Below, piece after piece: positions 1-12,310 of a stretch of 64,000 nucleotides of DNA (within the stretch, counting starts at the first letter, position 1; every line of letters starts with the position of its first letter). The translations under genes were made by a program, and so were the position numbers. The notes below the pieces were generated by a model, which searched no databases, was not told the origin of the DNA, and worked only from the letters and a program-made list of their open reading frames with translations. The stretch comes from Azolla caroliniana (Eukaryota > Plantae > Polypodiophyta), in the NCBI GenBank assembly GCA_043228905.1, contig JBHGNT010000018.1, positions 17,298,001-17,362,000 on the forward strand. Direction: 5' to 3'.

Positions 1-99
1 TAAAATAAAGTAAACATAGAACTTAAGCTAAAAGAGTTCTAGTAGTATACAATATGTGGTATACTCGATAAAGGAAGTGATTTTACACTAAGCCTAATT

Positions 100-3000
100 T
101 TATTTCCACCCAAGCCTCTCGAAAAGAAGTGGGGGGTCAAAGGGTTTTGATGTGGGTGTGACCCGTGGTTCCAATGTAGAGAGTGCCCTAGCCATGGCTT
201 CTAGGCGGTGTAGCTCACGTTCCCTTATTTTCAATATTGCTTCCACACCACGTCGAGTTGATTTGAAACCCGGCACCCGAGGACGTCTAGTTCTTCTTTG
301 GTTTTCTGCCTCATCAAGGGAAAGGCCGAGTGGTGCAGGTGTGTCGACATTCGTTGTCTCCCCCTGTTCCTGAAAAACTTCATTTGTTACATGTTGGTGA
401 ACATTAGCAACATTATTGTCAACATTTTGTAACTTATTCTCTCTGTGTTGTTTTAGCTCTAGAATGTATTTGCCTAATTTCTTTATATCTAGAATATCTA
501 ATAGTTTGGGGACAGTGGGAGAGGAACCAAGTATGTCTTGGTATTTTTCCCTTATCTCGGCGTAGGTTGGGCACTTGCATGTAAAGTGATACTCATCCTC
601 TATCTCTATGTGACATAACCTACATATCCTTTCCTCCCTAGGGACTCCATTAGTATGGCCATTCTCAATCTCACGTTGCTGAGATAATATTCTAAGTTGT
701 CCAATGGCAACCCTTAGTGCATGTGGTAAGAATACATCTAGATATTTTGGTCGCGTGATAAAACCTAACTCAGAGAAGTGCATGAAGTGTTCCTTATAGT
801 ACAACATTTTAGATGGGAGTGGCTCTTGTGGGGTGATCCATTTATACCGAGTGTAAATTTGCCATATTTCTTGGCGTATTACTTTATTGCGGTCCTCATG
901 AGAGATTAAAGTGTTATCAATCGTGTGGTTGTACCTAAGGGGAGGTAGGTTATTAATGTCTAGACCATCCGCAAGAAGCCAACTCACCATCATGCCATAC
1001 CATGAGCTAGTATAGCCGGACTCATACAATGATCGAGAGGCCTTAAAGGCTTGATGAGATATTCTATCATGTGGTTGGCTATGTATCCTATGAATAAAGA
1101 CTACAAGTTGGAAAAGTGTCGCTACTAACATTGGGGGTAACGTGAACTCAGTCCTAATAATGTCATGTGGTACTGTTGATTTGCTTCGGAGTTGACGTGA
1201 TAACATCATCACCAATGGTCTCTCTAATTGTGTCCACATGAAAGATGGTAATCCTGGAGCCCAAACTGTTGATGCATACATGAGGGAGGGGGTCACTAAT
1301 GAGTCAAAGAGCCACCCTTTAGTTCGTGGCTCTTGAAAGTATGCTTGGTGGCATTGTCTCTCTAGGAGTGAGAGGGATGCATGTCCTCTCATAAGTCTGT
1401 CCTTCACTGCTTATGTCATCGAAAATTTACCTGAGCGAGCACTGAAAGTGACCCCGAGATAGATGTATGATCCAACCACCTCAACTGGGTTATGGGAGAT
1501 AGTTAGGTGACAGTTAGCTCTAACTTTTGCCGATGTGTGGAAGATAAGGACTTTAGTTTTCCCTAGATTCACTACCAATCCTCGTTGTGCACAGAAGTCA
1601 TCTAAGGCATTAAGGTGCCTTTGTAGGTCGTGTTCAGATTCAGAGAGCAAAACTATGTCATCCGCATAGAGCAAGATACGAACCTACGTATCCCCAAGGA
1701 CTACTCCGTTGCCTCCCTTACGAGCAATAAAATCAGTGATCTCATCAATGTAGATCCCAAAAAGTGTTGGTGATAGGGGGCAACCTTGTTTTACACCAAT
1801 AGTGCTAGTGAAATAATTGGATAGGCCACCTGGGCATTGGACACTTGTTCATATAGTGCGTAGATGGCCCAGACCATGTCATCTGGTATCCTCAAGCTTT
1901 TAAGACTATCAAACAACCGCTCTCTAGGGACTGTGTCAAAGGCCTTGCAGAAGTCCACAAAACATCAATATAATTTCTTCTTGCAAGCCTTAGTTTGGTC
2001 AATTAAGCATCTAAGTGTGAAGATATGATCAATGGTGGAGAAGGCTCGTCTAAAGCCAGCTTGTTCAAGTGCACGAAGATTTAGGGTCTCCATATTGCTC
2101 TGCTTCCATTACTGCACCATATAATTTAGCAAGGGTATGACCTATCATAATGGTCCTATATGTATTTGGGTCCATGGGGTCCCCCCCTTTATGTATGGGG
2201 GCCATTGTGTTCATAGTCCACTGTGGTGGAAAACCCTCCGCAAGGGCACGATTGAATATTAGAGTTAGCAAGGGAGCTAGGCACTCTCTCGCATATATAA
2301 TGTGTTCTGCTCACAATCCTATGTGGTCCATGGACTTCCTATGTTGTAATTTCTTGACCTTCGCGACCCTAAAGGTCGTGAAAAGTGTCCACGTGGTAGG
2401 TCGGGGTGTGGAAGGCATTGGAATGGGTGGTTGATTTGGGATTTGGTAAAGTCTCTCTATATATGTGTGCCAGGTTTCGGGATCTTCGTTGGGTGTTTGT
2501 GGTCTTGGCTCCCGTAGTCTCTTCCATGTCGTGGTGCAATCGCTACTCATGAGCATATGGTAGAGTTCCCAATATTGGGATGCCTCCCACGCTCGTCTCT
2601 TACGACGTGTCATCTTGCACATTTCTTTGCGATCTTGTATTGAGGTAATACTACCATCGAGTTGTGATACTGTAAGTTGTCTATGTAAGTCCCTACAATC
2701 CTCATCATACCATTTATTTTGTGGCATAGATCCTGATCTACCTTGATTTGAGTGTTTTGTATATGGGAAACTGCTAGCTGCTGCGGAGTGAAGGATGTGT
2801 CTGAGTTTCATACTAAGGCTTTCTAAAGGTAGGGAGGGATCAAGGGAGGAGAGATGGGCCTGAACATGTGGAGATTATATGTCAGAGAGCTCATGTGTAT
2901 AATGTATTGTGGTGTGATGACGTGGTTGACTAGAGTTGGTGACCTTAGAGATATCACATTTTAGCTTGAAGTATAAGAAACTATGGTCTGCGCCAATATG

Positions 3001-3821
3001 GCATGGGGCCACCCGGAAGGAGTTTATCATGTGGGTAGCTTCAAGGTGTCCTATTAGATAATCAATTGTGCTTTCCCCTCCTCCATGTGGGAAACATGTG
3101 AGCTCTTCCGAGCCCGGCCACTTGGCTAAACCATTATATATGACCATCCGGTGCCTACTGCCAAGTTCGAGCAAATGATGGCCAAAGCTCTGGCGTCCAC
3201 ACCTTGATCCTTTGATCTACGTGTGGTGCCTATGTCTAAAGGATCAACATTTACCATTTCTAGGTTTCTATTCATCTGAAATATTGTGCATTGTCGGGAT
3301 TAGGTTCTCGCATTGAAGTCTCCTACAAGGAATACTTCTCCTTGGAAAGAATATTGGATTATTTCATCCCATAGAGATTCGTATGGGGAAGGCCCATGTG
3401 GCATTCCTTCATCAACTAATCTCGGCAAGCTAGCAATATTATAATGGGATCCTTTTGGGGGAAAGTAACAAATGGCGAAAAATATTGCTTGGTCCTTGCT
3501 TGTGGAGACTTTCACCCACATAAAACAAGCTTCTGGTTTTGTCCTCAATATTTCTATCCTATTATGTAGCTCTCTACGAAACAATATCGCGACACCTCCA
3601 GATGCCATGGTAGCATGTCGACGTGAGGTTCGTCTAAAAGCAAACTCCCAACAGAATCCTTCGACCCGTGGGAGTCCTCTATTTGGGCTTTGGTGTGTTT
3701 CTACCAAGAAAAATATATCTGATACCTTTAATATCTCCTCTAGGTGGCTGGGGTGTGTCCAAAGTGCGCCGTTACAATTCCATAAGGTCATCCTAAGTGC
3801 ATTTTCTATCACATGGGCCAC
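100..3821 (-). pseudogene. LINE ORF2 (APE endonuclease + reverse transcriptase + C-terminal CCHC), disrupted
   Basis: Collinear ORF fragments 3300-3821, 2875-3174, 2311-2811, 2065-2271, 1411-1674 and 100-1407 carry the EN, RT and zinc-finger motifs in order. Confidence 0.9.
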
Positions 3822-3827
3822 ATGCCG

Positions 3828-4640
3828 TCAATTAGTAGTGCAATCATTTATGATCACTCGCCCATCTCGGTAAAAGGCGTGATGCCCTTGTTTACGAGAT
3901 TGCATAACTCATGGCATACAACTCTTGCGATACTCAATTTGCATCTTAGTGAGGTCTTCATCGAGATAGATAGGGTCCCCACCCAATCCTCGAAGAATTG
4001 GTCTCTTCTTAAAGAAAGTGATTCTAGAGTCTAAGTCTTTAAATTGAAGGACTAAGGCTCTCTTCCTAGTTGTGTCACGTCCGGCCTTCCATGCTTTGGT
4101 GATAGGTAGGGCCTCTGTGTACCCTAACATTTTCCCAAGTGTTTGTACATCCTCATCTAGGGATGCACCTTCCTTGAGCCCAGTGACACATACATTTAAG
4201 CGTCGGGCCTGACGCATTTTCTCTTCTTCAAGGGTGGTATTAACAATATTTTCATCTTTTATTTCTTTTTTAATGTTTCTTTTAATCACGTCTACCCAAC
4301 CCATTTTAGCTAACTCTATGTTATTTTTAACTTCCTCTTTAACTTTTTTAATCTCGTCATTTATATCCTCTATACAGGATATTTCACCGTCTTCTCGAGA
4401 TAACTCGATGTCATTAAGTTGTTTTTTAATGTTGGTGTTTTCCACTTTAAGTTTTTCTATTTCAGCCTTGAGGGCGTCTTTTTCCTCTCTATCTTTTTTC
4501 TTGTGGGTTTCAGTGTCTTTCACCCATTTTTTCATATCCATCTCTATTTTTTTTAAACAATTAAACATATCTAAAAAGTCCTCCTTACTTATACCCTCGT
4601 CTTGTATATCCTTATGTTCCTTAGTTCGTTTAGACGTCAT
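3828..4640 (-). pseudogene. LINE ORF1 (coiled coil + RRM-like/CTD), internal TGA at 3909-3911
   Basis: ORF 3909-4640 continues in frame past the TGA as VMQSRKQGHHAFYRDGRVIIND, a typical ORF1 C-terminus, to a TGA at 3828-3830. Confidence 0.8.
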
Positions 4641-5730
4641 TGTGGTGTCAATAAGGAAAAAAAGATAAAATAAATGGGTTCGAGACTTAGCCGAGTTTGT
4701 GTGTATGTCGCAGTCACATCGGCATTTTGTAGCACACTGTCGTGAAGAAAACCGTCCCTTAGCGCAATCGGTGCATAGCGCGCATGAACCGACTCTTCAC
4801 GCGTCCGCGCCCTTTAATGTATATAATAGAGAATTAGGTACAAAGGTATATCCTAGGTAGTTAGATTCGGTAGGTAGGAAGTTAATGAGGGAAACGGCTC
4901 CCTTCTTGAAGCTATAAAAGAGAGGGAGACGCAACGTGAAAAGGGATATTATTTTTTAGGAGGACGAACTGTTGTCGGACCGAAACCGAACGCTTCTCCT
5001 CTGTTCGTTCTCCATCGCTCTTCTCTGTAGGTTTTCGGGAGGCTCGCGCTGCTTCGAGGAACGCCCGTGTGCTTCCGGCAGCACCTCCATCCTATCCCCT
5101 TTCGTGCGCAGACGAGCAAGCATCGGCATCTGTTCGCCGGCCTGTTCGGTTGTAACCGCTCGCGTGCTCTGTTGTTTATTTGTCATTCGTTAATATACAA
5201 ACATTCATGTCTCTCTGTCTCTGTGTCCATTCGTGTCTTCCGCGTTGACGGGCCGTGTCCCTGTGTTTCTTTGCTCATACGTAACCGGGCGTCTCTCTCT
5301 TTCTCTTTCCCCTTCTATCACCTGCTCTTCGGTTCAAGACACCGGTGGTCCCGCCTCATTTCTCCACGCACGCGCGTAGTAACGCGACAACGCGACAATG
5401 TAGCACACGATGAGCACGCCAAAAGAATCCACTGACGGACACGCCAAGAAAAACGACACTCGACAACCTCAAGAAAAGAAAGAGAAGAAACACACCACGA
5501 CAGTGACGGCGACAGCCAAGAACCAACGACGATAGATGAAGACGACGACGACAGCAGCAGACGGTGACAGATGGCGGCAGTCGTCAGACGATTGCACGTA
5601 TCATTTGGAGGTCTTGGTAGAACATTACGAGTAAAAATTCCATTCAATTGCATGCATCTCATGATCGCTTGCTTTGATTCCTTCTCCAACACAATTACTT
5701 GTAAGTGAGCTCTCTCCTATTTCTTGTCAT

Positions 5731-7089
5731 ATGGATGGTAGTGTTTTCATGAATATGGATGAGTCTCCAAATTCTTCAAAGGATGCGTGCATGGTTGAGT
5801 CAGTATCAAGCCCAAGAGGGGATGGTAAAAGAAAACGATGTATTGGAGATAATAGTAATGACATGTCTTATGTTGATGCAATGCGACAAGATAATATTGA
5901 GAAAGATGATAGTCATTGGGAACATTTAAGATGCATGGCAAATATATTAATGGAAGATTGTATAAGGGAGAATGTGAAAGTTGTTGAGGATTTTGTTGAC
6001 GATGAAGTGGCTAAGGTAGAAATAGACAATAAGGAGTTTTTGGGCTCATTTGCTAATTTTTGTGATAAAGGGGTGTTATATTGTTTTTCACAGGAAAGAT
6101 ACCTTTCCTTTGGAGGGTCAAACAATGGTTATGTGGGATTTTACAAGCTGATTGTGTTCAGGATGTTTATGCTGGTCCTCGTGGATTTTATGAGGTTGTT
6201 TTGGTATCACAAGAGTATAAAGAGAAATTACTCAATAAATTGCCAGTTTTTTATGAGAAAAGTTTGGTTCATATTGTTCCGTGGAGACCATTAGTGGAAT
6301 ACCAAGATATATTAAAGCAAGAATGCCCAGTATGGGTTGAGGTAGAGTGCACATATTCAGTGGTTTGGCCAATATTACGGTCAACGATGGAAAAGTTGGG
6401 AAAGATCTTGGTGCCTCCTAGTGCTAATGCTCAAAATCGATATCGGATGTGTATTCTTTGGAATACTGCTATAAAGAGGCCAAGTTGTTTACAGATTGCA
6501 TGTTCTGGTATGCCGCCTATGTATTTTCGACTTAAATGGGGTACATTTGCAGGACATTGTTTCCATTGTGGTGTGTTGGGGCATTTTATGGCTGAATGTC
6601 CTCAAAAAAGAAATAATGTAGTGGAAGTGGTACATGAAGAGCCTACAACTCATGAATCAGATTCAAGATTTGACAATTTCAGAGCAAACAAAGAAACCAC
6701 AAATTGTGAATGAGAAGGATGGAAAGACTCTAGAGGATGAAGTACAATGGTCAATAGTTTCTGGAAAGATGAAGAAGTCTAATAAAAATGTTGGGCATAA
6801 TGTATCTATGGAGAAGGTCACACCGACACATCCCATGCGGAATAAACCATGGGCTCGTCAAGAGGACTATCCAAAAAAATTATCTTTTGATAATAAAGGT
6901 AATTTGTATGTTCCTTGGAATAAACGGAAATCGGTGCCTCGTTCACATGAGGAGCCATCGGGGTTTGGAGTTTTGCATTCCCATAGTAATTCATATGCAA
7001 TCTTAGGGGATTTATTTCAGGATATGGCAGAAACATTAGCAGTGAAGGAGAAGGAGATTTCTCGAATAAAAGGAAAAAATAAAGTATGA
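5731..7089 (+). pseudogene. L1 ORF1 (DUF4283-like region + CCHC zinc knuckle), two frameshifts
   Basis: Overlapping ORFs 5674-6294, 6081-6713 and 6634-7089; CFHCGVLGHFMAEC knuckle; CPVWVEV motif. Confidence 0.8.
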
Positions 7090-10000
7090 AGATCACCACA
7101 TGGAATGTGAGGGGATTGTGTTCTAGATTTAGAATGCATGAGGTTTGGAGGATTGTGTTAAGTGAGCAATGGGATGTTTTATGTGCAGTAGAGCATAAAG
7201 ATCATCGTAATGCTGGTTTAATTAGTTATTCTAAAGGTTATACATTATGTTATGTTGGCAAGGTTCATGGGGAATATTCTGGGATTGTCATGTTTATAAG
7301 AGATAAATTTCACCCAAAAGTAATTGTTTCAAATGAATTTGGAAAATTTATTAGTAGAGATATGTTATGAAGGGCAAGCTCTTTGGTTAGTTGGTGTGTA
7401 TGTATCAAATGTTTCACAAGAACGAAAGTTGTTATGGAGATCTCTAAACTCAGTTCTTGATCATGGTAGACTGGGTTTATTGATGGGAGATTTTAATGTT
7501 TGTTGTGAGACAGATCAATCAACATCTATCCACTCTATTATGGATGGACCAGAGGCTCAAGAATGGGGAGATTTTGAGACTGAAGTCATATTAAGGGATG
7601 TATGGAAATGGATCAAGGGAGATGAAGCTGGTTACACCTTTCAATCGGCGCAATATAAGGATATTTGGAGTAGGTTGGATCAAATGTATGTAATGCATAC
7701 CGAAGGTTTTTTACCAGAGATTTTGGATATTTCAGTGTCTTATGGGTCAATTATATTAGATCATTTCCCATTAATTTTTGAGTTCAATCACCACTCAATT
7801 AGAGGTTTTCATGAGTTTTTAGGAAAACCACCGTTGATTTTTAATTCATCATTTTTGGATCATGAGGTCCTCCATGCCTATATGTGTCCAGTGATTGATG
7901 CATTTGCCTATCGTGTTCAATTTGATGGGTATGAAGCGTGGGAAGTATTTGTTGCAAATGTTCAGAGGTTAACTAGATATTATGGAATTCACCATGCTTT
8001 TAAAAGGAGAAAGAAATTAAGTCTCCTAGTTAATTTGCTTGATAAATGCAACTCATTGTTAACTTATTGGCCAACGGATGTAGAGTTGATGGGATATCAA
8101 GAGGTATTAATTTCTGCGATGCATGACCTAACGGCAAAAAATTATCAACATGCTAGACTACATCGTCTAAGACAAGAAGTGGAAGATGCTAATTGTCAAT
8201 CACATAAGTTTTTTCATGACCTTCATGAATCACATGCACGACATAATGTGGTAAGGTTAGAGGAAAATGGTATCATGTGTTCCGATCCTCAAGAAATTGT
8301 GAAGAAATGCATAGAATATTATACACAATTGTTGGATGTACAAGTGTGTATCGATGATCATGTTAAAAAGGATAGAGATGTATTTTTTAATGGAATGAAA
8401 AATCATGTATCGCATGATGTGGCACAATCATTAGATGCTAATATTTCAGAGGATGAGGTGGAACATGTCATGTCACATCTTGCTAATGATAAGAGTCCTG
8501 GGCGGGATGGATTAACACATGAACTATCTAAGAAATATGTGATTAAGTTAAAGGGGCCTTTTACGATTTTATTTCAGAAGGTGTGGACATCAGGGGAAAT
8601 GCCTCATTCTTGGAAGATTGGTTTGATCAAGCTTTTGCCGAAGGTGCCTTCTCCATCTTCCTTTGCTCAATGGAGGCCTATTTCATTGATGGGGGGAATG
8701 TACAAGATTTTTGCAAAAGTGATGGCCAATAGGTTGCATAAGGTTTTACCTTCTATTATTCATAATGCTCAATATGGGTTTTTAGCAAAAAGAGACATTT
8801 TACATAATATTTTAAATGTTCAAATGGCAATTGACTATGCAAAGGAGTCTAAACAAGAATTAGTGTTGCTACAATTGGATATCAAGAAAGTCTATGATAA
8901 TGTGGATTGGTCATTTATAAATCAATTGATGTCTCATATGGGTTTTGGTGATCGTATGTCTAAGTTGATATACACATTAGGGGAGGGTTCGGTTTCACAT
9001 GTGATATTTAATGGAGGAGTAACACAACCGATTTCTATTCGGAGGTCAGTTAGACAAGGATGCTTGGTAAGTCCTTTACTATTCACTATTGTGACACATC
9101 CTATTCTTGTTAAGTTACACAATATGGCTATGGAGGAAGAATTGCTTGGACTAAGGTTGCCATCAAGGAAGCCATGTATTGTTCAAGCTCTCGCAGATGA
9201 CCATATTATGTTTTTGGCACCTAATCGGGAAAATATTAGTAATTGTGTGGGAATTGTTTTCAAATGCTTCGGGGTTGAGAATTAATATACATAAATCTGT
9301 CCTCATTTCATGTACAGAACAAGATGTGTTATGGTTGGGGTGGTCAGGAAGGGTAGTACATCGTGGTATGATTTGTCGTCATCTTAGATATCCAATTGGG
9401 GTGAAAGTTTCTCATGTGAAACTTATTGAGTGGGTATCCAAAAGGTTGGAGGATAAGTTTATGTATTGGAGGTCTCAATTTTGGCCTTTTCATGTACGAC
9501 TTAAGGTGGTCCAATCGATTATGGTCTCTATGGTATCTTATTATCTTCCTTTGCTCCCATGGTCAAAGAAAGCTCTTGAAATGTTGTCACGCTCGATGTG
9601 AATGTTGTTATGGAAAAGAAAAGGGAAAAGTGCCTTGTCATGGTTGGCATGGGATCATGTTTGTACTCTGAAGCGCCTTGGTGGGGCATCAATATTGAAT
9701 CTATATGAGCATATGGTGGCTCGTCGATTTACTTTCATTCAATTCATGTTTGAAGGTTTACAACCTTGGACAGAAATGGTGGCATACTTTATAGAGAAGA
9801 ATGGAATGAAGCTTGGAAACATGAAGGTTGACGCGAATTGGTGGAATGTAATTAATTCTGACAGGGATGTCAAATGTATAGGGTCTATGATAGTTAATCA
9901 TTTGTTGACATCTTGGCAAAGTATGTTGGATTTTGTGGAATGGCATCCCCCACAAGAAAGGGGATGTGCCAATTCATTACAAATGGAGGTTTTGGCAACA

Positions 10001-10931
10001 TCAAGGTTGTTGAGGTGGGAAGGTAAACAAATTCTTAACCTTCAATTTAATCAGATGGCTAGATTGGGTTTGGTAACAGTTAAGGATGCTATGTTGGTTT
10101 CACAAAGAAGATTAATGGTTTTTCGAACAATAAGATCAACATTTCGTATTCCAAAAGGTTATAACTTTATTTGGGATAAGTTGCAACAAATACTATCTTC
10201 GCATGAGCCAATTCTTGATTTAGATGGGCGATCTCAAGAGCTTGATTGGAGGTTTGTTGGAAATAAGAGATAATTTGACTATGATCTCAACGAATGTCGT
10301 TTATCACAAGTTGATTGACAAACATAAGTGGTTGGAAGAAAGGGTTATAAAGATATTGGGTTTCCATAAGCCCATTACTTGGTAGTTTCATGTGATCAAG
10401 GCAAGTTGGTGTTCTCGACTAATGCTACGAGCCAAGGTATTTATTTGGAGAGTTATGGTTGGAGCTTTACCATTAGGGGATGCATTAAAAAGAAGAAACA
10501 TTACTAAAGGATTGTGTTTCTTTTGTTCGGTGGAATTGGAACATAGTAGGCATCAATTTATTTCATGCCCGATGGCAAGGATGGTTTGGAGGTGTATCAG
10601 TTTAGTGTGGATGTCTCTAACATGAGTAAGTCTATCTTCCTTCATTTGGGTTTTTGCACATATGGAGAACAATGAACTGATGCCTCATTTTCAAATTATT
10701 TTTGAGTTCTTGAGGTATTGGGGGCTATGGTTCAATTGGAAAATGCGGAATGCCTTCATTTTTTATTCGCAAGTTGGGGTGAGAAAATATGTTCTAAAGT
10801 TAAAAGGACTTCTTTTGTGGCAATTGACAATGCTAGAGAAGTCACGAAATCTCAACCAGGAAGAGAGAGAACTCTGCAAGGTCGCATATCATCATACTCG
10901 CCATTTGAATTGGTGTGTAGGGTGGCATTGA
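7086..10931 (+). pseudogene. L1 ORF2 (endonuclease-RT-zf-RVT), disrupted
   Basis: MKITTWNVRGL, MGDFN, SRLD, DHFP, KSPGRDG, WRPISL, RQGCLVSPLLF, ALADD, CFFC...H...C; frameshifts and stops. Confidence 0.92.
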
Positions 10932-11060
10932 GTTTGGTGTCGTAGTATTCTTTAGATCCCTTGATAAAAGGGTTGTATACTTTGTAGTAAGTTAGTCATG
11001 GTAGTGTTTTTTTCTTTCGTAATGAAAGCCATTATTTACAAAAAAAAAAAAAAGACAGAT

Positions 11061-12001
11061 ATATTGTGGTGTGCATGTGTTCCTTTGTGCCACCCTTTTA
11101 GCACACCCTTTTTAGGATGCGTGTGCCCAAAATTACCCACCCTTTTAGCACACCCTTTTTAGCCACCACATAGTCACCAGCAAACCCCCAATCACGAGAT
11201 GCTTTCAAGTTTCCGAGAAAAAAGCTTATTTTGAAGGCCGATCTTGATTCTTCCAACAGCTCTTGTAATCTTTCGCGTCACAAAATTCTCTCCTCTTCGA
11301 GGTGACTCATGGTTGAAGAGGATGCCGTTGCAAGCAAAGAGACCATAAGCTTCTCTATAATTGACCGTGTACCAATGGGCTGCTACTTTAGAGACAGCAT
11401 ATGGGCTTCTAGGATGAAATATTGTGTCCTCATCTTGAGGAGGTGGTGTAGCTCCGTACATTTCAGAGGATCCTGCTTGATAGTAGCGAACCTGTCTACC
11501 CGTTGTTTCGATGTGCGTTCGGACGGCCTCGAGAAGGCGAAGGGCACTCGTTGCGACAACATCTGCAGTATAATCAAGATTTTCAAAAGAAACTCCCACA
11601 TGTGATTGAGCTCCCAAATTATATACCTCATCAGGACAAATTGCGCCAACCCATTTCCTCAGGGCGGACGCATCAAAAAGGTCTCCATAGTGAAGCTTCA
11701 TCCTTGTAGAGGAATTGTGTGGGTCAATGTAGATGTGATCCAACCGTTGCGTATTGAAATTTGATGATCTCCTTATGATCCCATGGACTTCATAGCCTTT
11801 GCTAAGCAAAAACTCGGTTAAATAAGAGCCATCTTGGCCAGTGATACCAGTTATCAGAGCTTTCTTGCAATTATTCTCCCCCATACTCTTTTCTGCTTCT
11901 ATCTCTCTCTTCGTCTTGATCATCACCATTTGCCCTTGTCCTCTGTTTCTAGGGTTTTGTAGAGTTTACAAAAGGAAAGGAACACATGCACACCACAATA
12001 T
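11061..12001. repeat. Perfect 26-bp inverted repeat arms (11061-11086 and 11976-12001) flanking the GMD fragment, plus a 26-bp direct repeat (11090-11115, 11137-11162)
   Basis: ATATTGTGGTGTGCATGTGTTCCTTT is the reverse complement of AAAGGAACACATGCACACCACAATAT; CCACCCTTTTAGCACACCCTTTTTAG occurs twice. Confidence 0.9.
11162..11929 (-). pseudogene. GMD: GDP-mannose 4,6-dehydratase pseudogene (frameshifted and 3'-truncated)
   Basis: [63 protein letters not shown]. An extra base in the A-run at ~11218-11223 shifts the frame; the other frame continues [17 protein letters not shown] and homology stops at ~11162. Atypical residues at conserved sites (SFENLDY, VATSALR). Confidence 0.92.
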
Positions 12002-12310
12002 GTATATCTTTGCATAATGTAGAGAGAGAGAGAGAGATACATACATACATACATATATGTATGTATATATATATATATATTTGCACAATATAGAGAGAGG
12101 GGGGTTTGCAAGAAGAAGCCGAGAAGTGGGGGTTAGATATATAATTTGTTAGAAACTTGTCGGGGGTATATCGATGAGATCCCCTTTCATATCACAACCT
12201 CTCTCTCTCTTTCTCTCTCTCTCTTTCCGTCTCTGTCTCTGTGTCCGCCGCTCTGAGTTTTGGATGGAAGCAGTGTAGCAGTGATTGGATATGATGAGAA
12301 GGCGGTGGGC
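11930..12310. promoter_or_regulatory. Short divergent intergenic region with (GA)n, (CATA)n, (TA)n and (CT)n tracts between GMD and the next gene
   Basis: Start codons at 11929 (-) and 12311 (+) are ~380 bp apart; microsatellites visible. Confidence 0.5.

Larger units (their letters stand above)
1..5190 (-). mobile_element. Decayed RTEX/L2-like non-LTR retrotransposon (LINE); 3' end runs off the window, 5' boundary approximate
   Basis: ORF1-like coiled coil plus RRLNVCVTGLKE...IYLDEDLT. APE endonuclease motifs (TLWNCNG, LVETH, LVGDFNART, TIDY, ADH). RT motifs GVKQGCPLSPTLFGIYIDE (~1740-1800) and LYADDIVLL. C-terminal PREERICRLCHIEIEDEYHFTCKC. Multiple stops and frameshifts. Confidence 0.85.
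5200..11053 (+). mobile_element. Decayed near-full-length L1-clade LINE with poly-A tail; 5' boundary approximate
   Basis: GC-rich 5' region, ORF1 with zinc knuckle, ORF2 with EN/RT/zf-RVT, A-run at 11040-11053. No convincing TSD found. Confidence 0.9.

Noticed and set aside
5566-5572. GACAGAT as left TSD of the L1 (matches 11054-11060)
   Set aside because: Only 7 bp, apparently inside the GC-rich 5' UTR, and the right copy is part of the extended inverted repeat; likely chance
11061-12001. Pack-MULE call for the GMD fragment
   Set aside because: Arms are far shorter than MULE TIRs and no 9-bp TSD is visible; kept only as an inverted-repeat finding
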